Below, piece after piece: positions 47,752 through 57,865 of a stretch of 64,000 nucleotides of DNA. Within the stretch, counting starts at the first letter, position 1. The number at the start of each line of letters is the position of its first letter. The DNA is from an uncultured Clostridia bacterium. Lineage in GTDB: Bacteria; Bacillota; Clostridia; TANB77; CAG-508. Where the stretch lies: positions 12,669-76,668 of the forward strand of contig CAKPRA010000001.1 of NCBI GenBank assembly GCA_934180065.1. Reading direction: 5' to 3'. Both the position numbers and the translations under genes were made by a program. Under the pieces are notes generated by a model, which worked only from the letters and a program-made list of their open reading frames with translations, was not told where the DNA came from and searched no databases.

Positions 47752-47874
47752 ATATGTAAAACATATTAACATATTATTCATATTTTGTCCATTATTTTTT
47801 CAAATTTTTTATAAGTTTTAAGCTATAATCTATGCAAAATTATAACTTAAAACTTATTACTTTCTTACAATCTA

Positions 47875-48777
47875 TTATTTTTCTAGTATCATAATAGTTT
47901 CATCTTCATCTGTTCTATATATTTTCGCACCAATATTCTTCAATCTTTCTAAGGCACTTTCGGTTGGATGTCCATAAGTATTGTCTTTTCCTACAGATAT
48001 CAGAGCAATTTCAGGTTTTACTTGAGCTAAAAATTCTTTAGTTGAACTTGTGCTAGATCCATGATGTCCAACCTTTAAAACATCAACATCATTCCATTCC
48101 CTTGATTTTTCAACATTATAATTTGCATCACCTGTAAATAAATATTTTGTTCCATTAAAATTCATTTGTATTACAATTGAAGATTCATTTGCATTATCTG
48201 CATTATTATTTATAGACATTATTTCACAATTTGCATTTCCAACATTAAATGTAGTACCAATTGATGGAGCTGTTACTTTTAAATTTTTTGATTTTATTGC
48301 ATTTAAAACATCTTCAAAAGTTTTTGTATTAGCTGACTTTTTTGGCATATAGATTGTTCCTATGTCAAAATTCTTTATAACATCATCTAAACCTCCAATA
48401 TGATCTTCATGAGGATGTGTTCCTACCAAGTAATCAATTTTGCTAATTCCCAAATCTTGCAAATATTTAACAACTCTACTTCCCATCTCGTTTGTACTTG
48501 CATCTATAAGCATTGTTTTTCCTTGATTTGAGATTAAAATACTATCACCTTGGCCAACATCCAAACAATAAACTCTCAAATAATCATCATCTGGGATTTT
48601 AGAAATACAACTATTACCTGTAGTTATTTCTAAATTATTTATTATCTCCACATTTTCATTACTTGCTTGCGAAGTATATATTTCCTGTTTGTTTGTTTCC
48701 CAGATTCCAACTAAAATTATTATTATTAGTGTTATTACTGAACCAACAATACTATTCGTCTTATTATTCTTTTTCAT
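47875..48777 (-). CDS. Membrane-anchored MBL-fold hydrolase (ComEC C-terminal-domain-like)
   Basis: N-terminal TM, DVGQGDS, HPHEDHIGG and VGHHGS motifs. Confidence 0.75.
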   Translation of the reverse strand: MKKNNKTNSIVGSVITLIIIILVGIWETNKQEIYTSQASNENVEIINNLEITTGNSCISKIPDDDYLRVYCLDVGQGDSILISNQGKTMLIDASTNEMGSRVVKYLQDLGISKIDYLVGTHPHEDHIGGLDDVIKNFDIGTIYMPKKSANTKTFEDVLNAIKSKNLKVTAPSIGTTFNVGNANCEIMSINNNADNANESSIVIQMNFNGTKYLFTGDANYNVEKSREWNDVDVLKVGHHGSSTSSTKEFLAQVKPEIALISVGKDNTYGHPTESALERLKNIGAKIYRTDEDETIMILEK

Positions 48778-48812
48778 TTTTCATTTGCCCCCTTAATAAT
48801 TTTTTACATTTG

Positions 48813-49073
48813 TTAATCATTCCATAATTCATCCATAAGTTTTGAAATTTGCTCCTCTATTTTTTTTTGCTCTTCAAAATCAATTCTATATATACCATTA
48901 TAATATTTAATTATATTACCTTCTTTTATTCCTTTCGGTAATTTTGAAATTTCTATTTTGATAATTTCTCTTGTCAATCTATTTTCACATATTGCAATAT
49001 CATTTTCAATTCTATCTATAACAAAAGTTTCTTCCATAAGAAAATTCATTCCTTTCTTTCTGAAGGCATACAT
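48813..49073 (-). CDS. DUF3006-like small protein
   Basis: FVIDRIENDIAICE...GNIIKY pattern, and its usual pairing with a ComEC-like MBL gene. The true start is probably an internal ATG (49049 or 49037). Confidence 0.5.
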   Translation of the reverse strand: MYAFRKKGMNFLMEETFVIDRIENDIAICENRLTREIIKIEISKLPKGIKEGNIIKYYNGIYRIDFEEQKKIEEQISKLMDELWND

Positions 49074-49157
49074 AGCTATGAAATTTTTTTATTTCTTTCA
49101 AACTATATTCCTTTCTAACTTTACTAAACAGCCTATTGTATAAATAACAATTTAATT

Positions 49158-50051
49158 TTATTCTGTTAAATCAAAATTTGGAACATACTCTTCTTCATGT
49201 TCACCAAGCTCTTGAATATATCCATTTTTTAAATTTAATAAGTACAAATATTCTTCAACTTCTTTATATTCTTTTTTTGAGATTTTTCTGTTTATTTTAT
49301 CATCATCTTTTGCTTTATATGTTGGGAAATATTGTGCCATCACGCTAATATATGTATTTTCATCAAAATTTTCTTTTATATATTTTAAGATTTTTTTAGT
49401 ATTTAATATATGATTTGGCAATATCAAATGTCTTATAATTACCCCTTTTTGTATAATTCCATCTTCATTAAAAATAGGATTTCCAACCTGTTTTTGCATT
49501 TCTTTTATAGCATTTACTGCATTAGAAAAATAATTATCAATTTTTGAATATTTTTTTGCTATTTCGTTAGAATAATATTTTAAATCTGGCAAATATACAT
49601 CAATATATCCATCTAACATTTTAATTGTTTCCACATTTTCATAACCATTAGAATTATAGATAATAGGAATTTTTAATCCATTATTTCTAGCTATTTTTAT
49701 TGCTTCTATAATTTGTGGTACATACATTGTGGGAGTTACTAAATTAATATTATTCACATTTTTATTTTGCTGATTAATAAAAATCTCAGCAAGATGGTCA
49801 ATTGTAATTTCTTTTCCTTTATCTAACTGACTTATTTCATAATTTTGGCAATAAATACATTTTAAATTACAATTTGAAAAAAATATTGTACCAGATCCAT
49901 TCTTTCCGCTTATACAGGGCTCTTCATAATTATGGATTGATGCAAGAGCAATTTTTATTTTATCATTACATCTGCATCTTCCCTTATTTCCAAGTGCTCT
50001 ATTAACTTTACATTTATGAGGACAAATTTCACATTTTTCAAGCTCTTTCAT
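49158..50051 (-). CDS. Radical SAM protein, PflX-like (COG1313 type)
   Basis: N-terminal CEICPHKCKVNR...GRCR and the radical-SAM motif CNLKCIYCQN. Confidence 0.7.
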   Translation of the reverse strand: MKELEKCEICPHKCKVNRALGNKGRCRCNDKIKIALASIHNYEEPCISGKNGSGTIFFSNCNLKCIYCQNYEISQLDKGKEITIDHLAEIFINQQNKNVNNINLVTPTMYVPQIIEAIKIARNNGLKIPIIYNSNGYENVETIKMLDGYIDVYLPDLKYYSNEIAKKYSKIDNYFSNAVNAIKEMQKQVGNPIFNEDGIIQKGVIIRHLILPNHILNTKKILKYIKENFDENTYISVMAQYFPTYKAKDDDKINRKISKKEYKEVEEYLYLLNLKNGYIQELGEHEEEYVPNFDLTE

Positions 50052-50227
50052 TTAATCATCTTCCTATTTTATATTATTTTTAAGATTTTATCATTTTTAC
50101 CATAATATTACAATTATAAATTGACAGAAAATTTTTTTGAATAATAAATTTTTTTTCGTTAATAATAAGCTTAAACAATGTCAATGAAAATTGATTTGTT
50201 TGTGCTTAAACGCACAGGGAGGTTTTT

Positions 50228-50608
50228 ATGTCAGATAGTCGTATTGAAAATAGTCAGGCAAAAAATTCCACTAATACAGCATGGCAAATTATTGGTAGGC
50301 TTATTACCGCTGGAATAGTTTTAGCAATTACTGCTTTCTTCACTCCAGGATTTGAAATAAATAATTTCTGGTCATTAGCAATTGCAACTATAGTATTAAC
50401 TGTTATAGATTTTTTAATTGCTAAATTTACAGGAATCAAAGCAAGTCCTTTTGGAAAAGGATTTGTAGGATTTGTTCTTTCCGCAGTAATTTTATATGTT
50501 ACACAATATTTTGTGGCTGGATATGTTATTTCATGGATGGCTGCTATAATAGGAGCACTAATCTACGGTGTAGTCGATTATTTTTTACCTGGCGACCAAG
50601 AAATGTAA
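50228..50608 (+). CDS. Small 4-TM membrane protein (DUF360 / holin-family-IV-like)
   Basis: 126 aa with four hydrophobic helices, family resemblance only. Confidence 0.4.
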   Translation: MSDSRIENSQAKNSTNTAWQIIGRLITAGIVLAITAFFTPGFEINNFWSLAIATIVLTVIDFLIAKFTGIKASPFGKGFVGFVLSAVILYVTQYFVAGYVISWMAAIIGALIYGVVDYFLPGDQEM

Positions 50609-50610
50609 CA

Positions 50611-50644
50611 AAAAAGGCGAATGATTTAATTATTCGCCTTTTTT
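50611..50644. terminator. Bidirectional terminator
   Basis: aaaaaggcgaat / attcgcctttttt. Confidence 0.65.
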
Positions 50645-50680
50645 GAATTTAAAAATATTTTTAAATTTGCATCTACTTTA

Positions 50681-51937
50681 TTAGTTATTTCTTTTAGACA
50701 TATAATCATTATATAATTCAGTTGCAGTTTTAGGACTATCTAAACCTTCTGCATTTTTTATAGGAGCAAATTCATCTTCTCTCTTTACTCTTAGAACACT
50801 CATATCGTCAAAAAATCCAAACCCGTCAAAAATATAAGATTCAAATTTGTATGCATTTGGCTCAGATACCTCAATAAATTCGCCATTCTCATTTAAATAA
50901 TTTGATTTTTTAAAAGCTGTATGATATGGCAATTTTATTTTTGATAATTTTTCTAAAGCTTCTATATTAAATAAATGGCTCAAAATATTTACTTCGCCAA
51001 ATTTTAATTGTCCTTTTTCATCAATTTCTTCGGCCATATTTTTTGGGAGCTCTGTATATTCAATAACTTTAGGTACACCATTTAATTTACAAAAAACTCC
51101 AACTTTTTCTTGTGGATTTCTTTTGACAATTGCTTTTGAGGCAATTAAATTTTTTTCTTTTATTGTTAATCCAACTAATATTGGATCTACAATACGCAAT
51201 AAAACATTGTCAACTCCACCAACAAAAATCCATTCTATACCATCATTTTTCATTTGATTTAATAAGCCTGCATTTGCTAGTGATTTGTATATACTTCCAT
51301 TACCATCAGAAGCTTCTTTTATTAATTTATTTTTATCTACAACAATATTTCCATTAGTTTTTACCATAGGAACTTTTCCCTGTTTAAAAAACTTTACTTT
51401 GTTTTTATCATATCCAAAATAATTATTATCTTCTAAAAATTTTATAGTTTGATCATTATTGTCTTCACTAGTCATAACATACCAAGGTATTACAACATTA
51501 TATTTTTTGTTTGCTTTTTGTAATGATTCTATTATAATTTGAAATAAATATTTTTCTCCATTGATAGTATTAATTTTAAAAGTTCCTTTTGGTCCTTTAT
51601 GACCTAATCTTGTTCCTTGCCCTCCTGCCATTGTAATTACAGCATATTTACCAGCCTTAATTATATCGATACCAGAATTTTTATATTCGCTAAACTTTTC
51701 ATCATCTAAAGTACTTAAGTCTGTGTAATTAATATGCTCTATTTTACTTTCATCTATCACAGGTATTTTTTCGGCATTTTCATATAAACTCATAGTTTGT
51801 TCTAAATCAATTGTATCTATTTGATTTATTAATTTCTCATTTTCTTCTTCTGTATATATTTTTTTCATTAAATTTACAATTTCATTTTGATTGTTTTCTT
51901 TTAATTTTTCTATTGTTTCTTCAATTTTTTTCTTCAT
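50681..51937 (-). CDS. UDP-sugar pyrophosphorylase, UDPGP (UAP1-like) family
   Basis: MAGGQGTRLGHKGPKGTF nucleotide-binding loop and a GGVDNVL motif. Confidence 0.75.
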   Translation of the reverse strand: MKKKIEETIEKLKENNQNEIVNLMKKIYTEEENEKLINQIDTIDLEQTMSLYENAEKIPVIDESKIEHINYTDLSTLDDEKFSEYKNSGIDIIKAGKYAVITMAGGQGTRLGHKGPKGTFKINTINGEKYLFQIIIESLQKANKKYNVVIPWYVMTSEDNNDQTIKFLEDNNYFGYDKNKVKFFKQGKVPMVKTNGNIVVDKNKLIKEASDGNGSIYKSLANAGLLNQMKNDGIEWIFVGGVDNVLLRIVDPILVGLTIKEKNLIASKAIVKRNPQEKVGVFCKLNGVPKVIEYTELPKNMAEEIDEKGQLKFGEVNILSHLFNIEALEKLSKIKLPYHTAFKKSNYLNENGEFIEVSEPNAYKFESYIFDGFGFFDDMSVLRVKREDEFAPIKNAEGLDSPKTATELYNDYMSKRNN

Positions 51938-52105
51938 TTTATCACCCTCATGACCCCTATATTAACACAGAAACATTTCTGTATCAAGCTTTTTTACAAT
52001 ATAATATTATTTTTTTTAATTTGAGTGCATATATATTTTTGTAGCTAATATAATTTATTAAAGTTATCGAACAATACTTAGCAATTAAATTCAAAGGAGG
52101 TTTAA

Positions 52106-53587
52106 ATGGATAATAAATTAAAATTATATGAAGACATTGCAAAACGTACTGATGGTGACATTTATGTAGGAGTTGTTGGACCTGTTAGAACTGGAAAATC
52201 TACTTTTATAAAACGATTTATGGATTTATTAGTTATTCCTAATATTGATAATTCTTATAAACAAGAAAGAGCTAAAGATGAACTTCCACAAAGTGCTGCA
52301 GGAAAAACAATAATGACAACAGAGCCAAAATTTGTTCCTAATGAAGCTGTTGAAATAAAAATTGACAATTCTATTTCATTAAAAACAAGATTAGTTGATT
52401 GTGTTGGATATTTAGTAAATAATGCTATTGGATATTTAGAAGATGATATGCCAAGAATGGTAAAAACACCTTGGTCTGATGAAGAAATACCATTTGAAAG
52501 AGCAGCAGAAATTGGTACAAAAAAAGTTATACAAGAGCATTCAACAATAGGCATTCTTGTGACAACTGATGGAAGTATTACTGATATACCAAGGGCTGAT
52601 TATATACAAGCCGAAGAAAGAGTTGTTTCAGAGCTTAAAGAGCTAAATAAACCATTTGTAATTGTTTTGAATACTAGTAATCCAGATTCAGAAGAATCAA
52701 GAAAACTTGCACATGATTTACAAGAAAAATACTCAACTCCAGTAATATCAACAAGTTGCGAAAATCTTTCTTTGGATGATATAAATAAAATTTTTAGTAG
52801 TGTATTATATGAGTTTCCTATAGAAAGAATCAATATAAATTTTCCTCGCTGGGTTGATAATTTAAATTCAACACATTGGTTAAAATCTGAGCTTTATTCA
52901 GAAATAAAAGATGCTTTTTCTGATGTACGAATTTTAAAACAAATACCTGAAAGAATCTCATCTTTAAATAATACAGAAATAATATCAGAAACAAGATTAA
53001 ATGAAATCTCACTTGGAACAGGTGAAGTAAATTTAACAATTTATTTACTAGATGAATTATTTTATAAAATAATTTCTGAAATATCGCAAGTTCCTATAGA
53101 AAATGAAGGTGATTTATTCTCGACAATAACAAATCTTTCAAAAGTAAAAAGAGAATATGATAAAATTTCAAATGCTTTAGATGAAGTAAAATCAAAGGGA
53201 TATGGAATTGTTACACCTTCAATAGATGAATTGGTTCTAGATGAACCTGAAATGGTAAAACAAGGTTCAAGATTTGGTGTAAAATTAAAGGCAACTGCTC
53301 CATCTATACATATGATTAGAGCAAATATTGAAACTGAAGTTTCACCAATAGTTGGTAGTGAAAGACAGTCTGAAGAGCTTGTAAATTATTTACTATCAGA
53401 ATTTGAAAATGAGCCACAAAAAATCTGGGAATCTAATATCTTTGGAAAAAGCTTACATGAACTTGTAAACGAGGGATTGCAAAGCAAATTATATCATATG
53501 CCAGAAGAGGCTCAAGGAAAATTACAGGAAACATTAGAAAGAATTATAAATGAAGGTAGTGGAGGTTTAATCTGCATTATTTTATAA
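52106..53587 (+). CDS. spoIVA: Stage IV sporulation protein A
   Basis: Collinear with B. subtilis SpoIVA, from GVVGPVRTGKSTFIKRFMD through to the C-terminal ERIINEGSGGLICIIL. Confidence 0.95.
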   Translation: MDNKLKLYEDIAKRTDGDIYVGVVGPVRTGKSTFIKRFMDLLVIPNIDNSYKQERAKDELPQSAAGKTIMTTEPKFVPNEAVEIKIDNSISLKTRLVDCVGYLVNNAIGYLEDDMPRMVKTPWSDEEIPFERAAEIGTKKVIQEHSTIGILVTTDGSITDIPRADYIQAEERVVSELKELNKPFVIVLNTSNPDSEESRKLAHDLQEKYSTPVISTSCENLSLDDINKIFSSVLYEFPIERININFPRWVDNLNSTHWLKSELYSEIKDAFSDVRILKQIPERISSLNNTEIISETRLNEISLGTGEVNLTIYLLDELFYKIISEISQVPIENEGDLFSTITNLSKVKREYDKISNALDEVKSKGYGIVTPSIDELVLDEPEMVKQGSRFGVKLKATAPSIHMIRANIETEVSPIVGSERQSEELVNYLLSEFENEPQKIWESNIFGKSLHELVNEGLQSKLYHMPEEAQGKLQETLERIINEGSGGLICIIL

Positions 53588-53670
53588 AAAGGAAGATTAA
53601 ATTAAGTGAATCCAAATTATTAGACAAAACTGTTTAATAATGAGGGTTCACTAAAAAAATCTTCCTTTTT
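53586..53670. terminator. Long bipartite hairpin between convergent spoIVA and glk
   Basis: Outer stem aaaaaggaagatt/aatcttccttttt and inner stem agtgaatcc/gggttcact. Confidence 0.5.
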
Positions 53671-53693
53671 ATAATTTTTTAATAAGACAATAA

Positions 53694-54602
53694 TTAATCA
53701 ATATATAATGCACTTCCTATAATTCCGGCATCATTACCTAAATTTGCAATAAGAATTTCTGGCATATCTTCTTTATAAAAAATATAATCTGAACTATAAA
53801 ATTCTTCTTTAAATTTTTCTAATAAAATATCTTTATAATATGCAAATCCACCACCTAAACAGATTGCTTGTGGCTCTATTATATTTACAATATTTGAAAT
53901 TCCAATACATAAATTTTGGATATATTCTTCTATAATATTTTTAACTACTTTTGAGTTAAGATTTTTCTTAACAATATTTAGTAGCTCCTCCCCATCAAAT
54001 TCTGCTGGCAAATTCAAATTATATCTTATATTATTTTTAAATTTTCTCATAGATCCGTATTGCTCAAAACATCCCTTACTTCCACATCTACAAAGCTCTC
54101 CATCCTTTTCAATAATCATATGACCATACTCAAATCCGGAGCTTCTACTTGGACAAATAAGTTTTCCACCATAAAATGCAGCTCCACCAATTCCTGTACC
54201 TAGACAAAGAAATACGGAGTCATCAAATTTTTTAAGTGTTCCTAAATTTTTTTCAGCTAAAGCTGCACATTTAGCATCATTTTTAATTTTTATCTCTGCA
54301 TTTGGAAATTCCTCTTGTAAATAGCTCTTAAAATCATAATTTTTTAATCCCAAATTTACGCTGTATTTAATTTGGTTATCTTTTACAATTCCTGGACATC
54401 CGATTCCAATTTTTCTAACTTCAATGCCATCTTCAAAATTCCATCTTTTTAAAGTTGAAATAATTTCTCTTTCTAAAAAACTTTTAATATCTATTCTATC
54501 ACTCGTTTTTATTAAATGCTCTTCTTTTTTTAAAACTTTTCCACCAGAATCTACCAACCCGATTCCAATATGGCTTCCTCCTATGTCAATTCCAATATTC
54601 AT
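53694..54602 (-). CDS. glk: ROK family glucokinase
   Basis: IGIDIGGSHIG, GCPG, and the zinc motif GHMII...CRCGSKGCFE. Confidence 0.8.
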   Translation of the reverse strand: MNIGIDIGGSHIGIGLVDSGGKVLKKEEHLIKTSDRIDIKSFLEREIISTLKRWNFEDGIEVRKIGIGCPGIVKDNQIKYSVNLGLKNYDFKSYLQEEFPNAEIKIKNDAKCAALAEKNLGTLKKFDDSVFLCLGTGIGGAAFYGGKLICPSRSSGFEYGHMIIEKDGELCRCGSKGCFEQYGSMRKFKNNIRYNLNLPAEFDGEELLNIVKKNLNSKVVKNIIEEYIQNLCIGISNIVNIIEPQAICLGGGFAYYKDILLEKFKEEFYSSDYIFYKEDMPEILIANLGNDAGIIGSALYID

Positions 54603-54714
54603 ATGTATCATTCCTTTTTTATTACTTTCACTGTATCTCATTTTTTAGCTACAATATATACATATACTGTTAGCTATTCATAATTAAAATACTATAAATA
54701 GCAATTTTTTTATT

Positions 54715-54906
54715 TTAATTTGTAAGCTCTATTATAATATTATTTTCTGATTGTTTTCTATTCTTTTCTTCTTTCATTTGCTGAATTAATCCACTGTTTC
54801 CTACTAAAACTCTGATAATTATACCTGCAAAGATAATCGCAACTGTGATTATTATTACCCAATTAATATAAGTATTTCCATTTTCCTTTTTTAACATTTC
54901 ATACAC
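54715..54906 (-). CDS. Small single-TM protein
   Basis: 63-aa ORF with one hydrophobic helix, starting 2 nt after the dpaA stop. Confidence 0.4.
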   Translation of the reverse strand: MYEMLKKENGNTYINWVIIITVAIIFAGIIIRVLVGNSGLIQQMKEEKNRKQSENNIIIELTN

Positions 54907-54907
54907 C

Positions 54908-55727
54908 TCAAATTATTATATTTCTTAAAAGCTCTTTTATATATTTGGCAGAAGTTCTTGGAGCGACTTTTCCAGGCAAACCAAGGGCATGAATAACGTT
55001 ATAATTATGCTCTTTTGCATAATCAAAATCAATACCTCCAGGTTTAGAAGAAACATCTATTATTAAAGTTTCTTTATTTACAAAATTCAGATTACTTTTT
55101 TCCAAGATTAAGCTTGGAACTGTATTAATAATAACATCCATATTATTTAAACTTCCACAAATATCTCCTAATACATTATAACCACTAGAATTGATATTTG
55201 CAAGCTCTTCTTCTTTATTATCATAACAAAAAACATTTGCATTTAAAGACTTTAATAATTCTGCAACTTTTTTGCCAACTCTACCAAATCCTAAAACCGC
55301 AATATTGCTTTTATCTATAGTTATATCTGTATTTTCAATTATAATCTTTATAACCCCTTCTGCTGTTGGAATTGTATTATTTAGAGCAAAACTTTCATCT
55401 TTCATAATATCAATAACATGATTTTGCGTTTCATTGAATTTTTTAATATATTCATCTTTAAAACTTCCACCTATTATAATTTTATCACTAGCCAAATTTA
55501 CAAATTCATCAATACTTATGCATTTGGTGCTTAATGGTGCAAAAACATTTTTTCCATCTTTAGAAAATGGAATAGCAGTTATAATAATCTTGCTTTTATC
55601 AATACAGCTTTTTAAATTTTCGCAACCATCATCAAATCCGAAATGTATAAACCTCCTTTTCTTTACTAAACATTTGTGATAATATCAAATTTCTATTATC
55701 TCCTCCTACAAAAGAAATCGAATTCAT
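54908..55727 (-). pseudogene. dpaA: Dipicolinate synthase subunit A with a +1 frameshift near 55638-55641
   Basis: The N-terminal 28 aa (MNSISFVGGDNRNLILSQMFSKEKEVYTF) are in one frame. The remainder (GFDDGCENLK...AVLGFGRVGKK...PGKVAP) is in the +1 frame. Together they are collinear with SpoVFA. Confidence 0.7.
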
Positions 55728-55895
55728 ATAAAACCTTCCCTTCTTCATGATAAATTTTTAAAACTATCTTTCAATACAATTTTTTATATTTTATGGTAAT
55801 ACTATCTTTTTGTTACTTGAACTTTTTTATACTTTTTTGTTTTAAGTATCATTCATAAGTAAAATTATACTTATATTTAGCTTTTCTATTATATG

Positions 55896-55929
55896 AAAAG
55901 AAGCATTTGACTTTTTAATCAAACACTTC
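55896..55929 (-). terminator. Terminator after the TPR gene
   Basis: gaagcatttga / tcaaacacttc with a T-tract on the minus strand. Confidence 0.4.
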
Positions 55930-55959
55930 CTTATTTAGCTATTCACTTTATATTTCATT

Positions 55960-57156
55960 TTAATATTCCCTTTGATTTAAGTCTATATCATCTTTTCCAT
56001 TCACTATTTTATCATCATCTTTATTAATAAATTTACCATTATCTTTAATCTTATTAATTAATGAAAATGTATCATCTAAATGTTTTCTTGTTTTCAATTC
56101 TTGATATGTAAGATGATATCTATGATTTCTTGTTTGCTCTGTCCTTATCTGATCCATTATTGGTAAAAAGATTTCTTGATTACAAACTCTTTTATACATT
56201 CTTCTATCAAGCTCTATTGCAATATTTACATACCCAACAGCTCTATCAATTTCACCTTTTAGCATTGAAATAATAGCCAAGTAAAAGTATGCGTCTGGTT
56301 CAGAATCTTTATCTTCTAAACATTCAATAAATCTATTTTCGGCCTCTTCTAATTCTCCTTCAATCAACATTATTTGTGCAATATTAACCTTTGCATGATA
56401 TAACATAGAATTAATTTTTGCAGCCTTTTCATAATATTCTTTAGCTGTTTGAAAATCATTTAGTCTAGTATATGCCATTCCTAATCCATAATAAAGTTCA
56501 TATCTTAAAGGATTATATTTTAAAGCTTGTAAATAAACATTTACCGCTTCTTTAAATTGCTCTTGATCATATAAAATACTTCCTAGCAGCTCTGAAGCTT
56601 GATAATACTCAGGTTTTTTACTAAGTAAATTCATTAGCATATTTTTAGATTCTTCTATTTTTTCAGTTTTATTTAATAGATAAGCAATTTGGTAATAAGA
56701 ATCATAATCTTTACTATTAATCTCCACAGCAATAACATATTCATCTATAGCATTATCAAATTTTCCATCTTTTTCATATATTTGAGCTAACAATTTATGT
56801 GCATAATAACTATCATAATGCTTATCTATAAACTTTATTAACTTTTTTCTAGCTAAGTCATTTTTACATAATTTTAAATACATTTTTGCACATAATACTG
56901 TAAACATTTCTGGTAAAAAAATTTTTTTTAGTTCCAGTACTATTATTAAAAATGGAAGTATTAATGAAAAAATATATGATAATAGCAAAAATGTTGAATT
57001 AATATTATTTGATAAACTTACAAACCTAATAACAATACCTATAAAATCTAAAGATAATATATATATATATATTGAATCTCTTTTTTTAATTACTTTTCCA
57101 AAGATTATTATAAACATTGCCAAGGCCAATATACAAAATATTACCTTTTCTATCAT
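55960..57156 (-). CDS. Membrane-anchored TPR repeat protein
   Basis: Three N-terminal TM helices followed by repeated A..Y......Y..A TPR units. Confidence 0.7.
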   Translation of the reverse strand: MIEKVIFCILALAMFIIIFGKVIKKRDSIYIYILSLDFIGIVIRFVSLSNNINSTFLLLSYIFSLILPFLIIVLELKKIFLPEMFTVLCAKMYLKLCKNDLARKKLIKFIDKHYDSYYAHKLLAQIYEKDGKFDNAIDEYVIAVEINSKDYDSYYQIAYLLNKTEKIEESKNMLMNLLSKKPEYYQASELLGSILYDQEQFKEAVNVYLQALKYNPLRYELYYGLGMAYTRLNDFQTAKEYYEKAAKINSMLYHAKVNIAQIMLIEGELEEAENRFIECLEDKDSEPDAYFYLAIISMLKGEIDRAVGYVNIAIELDRRMYKRVCNQEIFLPIMDQIRTEQTRNHRYHLTYQELKTRKHLDDTFSLINKIKDNGKFINKDDDKIVNGKDDIDLNQREY

Positions 57157-57170
57157 AAATAAAAATTCTC

Positions 57171-57701
57171 CTATTTCTCAAACTTTTCTTTATAGTTCTT
57201 AATACATTTTTCAACTACTTTTTCTGCTTCTGCTCTACCAAGCATTTTATCAACAGAAGTTTGCTTTCCTTCTAATTGTTTATATACTTCGAAAAAGTGC
57301 ATAATTTCATCTAATAGTTGAGTTGGAAGCTCTGTTATTTCTTTATAGCCATTTAAATATGGATCATTTGTTGGTATTGCAATAATTTTTTCATCTTCAT
57401 CACCATTATCTATCATTTTTAAAATACCAATTGGATAAGTTTCTACCAATGTCAATGGAACAATTTCTTCATGACAAATTACAACAACATCTAAAGGATC
57501 TCCATCTCCAGCATATGTTCTAGGTATAAATCCATAATTTGCTGGATAATGTGTAGCTGTGTATAAAACTCTATCAAGTCTTAACATACCTGTTTCCTTG
57601 TCTAATTCATACTTATTTCTTCCATTCTTTGGAATTTCAATTACAGAAACAAATTTATTCTTTTGTATTCTTTCACCATTAATATCATGCCAAATATTCA
57701 T
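57171..57701 (-). CDS. ppa: Inorganic pyrophosphatase, family I
   Basis: IEIPKNGRNKYELD and GDGDPLDVVV motifs. The ATG at 57701 has an AGGAGGA SD. Confidence 0.9.
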   Translation of the reverse strand: MNIWHDINGERIQKNKFVSVIEIPKNGRNKYELDKETGMLRLDRVLYTATHYPANYGFIPRTYAGDGDPLDVVVICHEEIVPLTLVETYPIGILKMIDNGDEDEKIIAIPTNDPYLNGYKEITELPTQLLDEIMHFFEVYKQLEGKQTSVDKMLGRAEAEKVVEKCIKNYKEKFEK

Positions 57702-57842
57702 AATTTTCCTCCTATGTTTTCTCATCTTTTTATCGGTTTAATTGTAGTCTATAAAACAAAAAAAGTCTATAGTTTTTACAAAAATCTCATTAATAATTAT
57801 TCATTATCATTACTATTCATTGCTATATTTTTTAGATAAGCA

Positions 57843-57865
57843 GGACATGTAGATATATATTAAAA
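57843..57865 (+). repeat. Solo left-arm-like sequence of the structured element family
   Basis: ggacatgtagatatatattaaaa compares with the locus C left arm ggatatgtagatatatatattaaaaa. It overlaps the dnaJ stop codon. Confidence 0.5.

Noticed and set aside
47582-47821. Three 60-68-aa ORFs near 47.6-47.8 kb.
   Set aside because: They overlap tRNA-Leu(CAA) and its 3' hairpin on both strands. The tRNA fold accounts for the sequence.
38634-50051. Two PFL-activase-like radical SAM genes (pflA at 38634-39362 and the PflX-like gene at 49158-50051) have no glycyl-radical enzyme gene in the window.
   Set aside because: Activases are often unlinked from their substrates, and PflX-type proteins are widespread orphans. 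Nothing in the sequence itself is anomalous.
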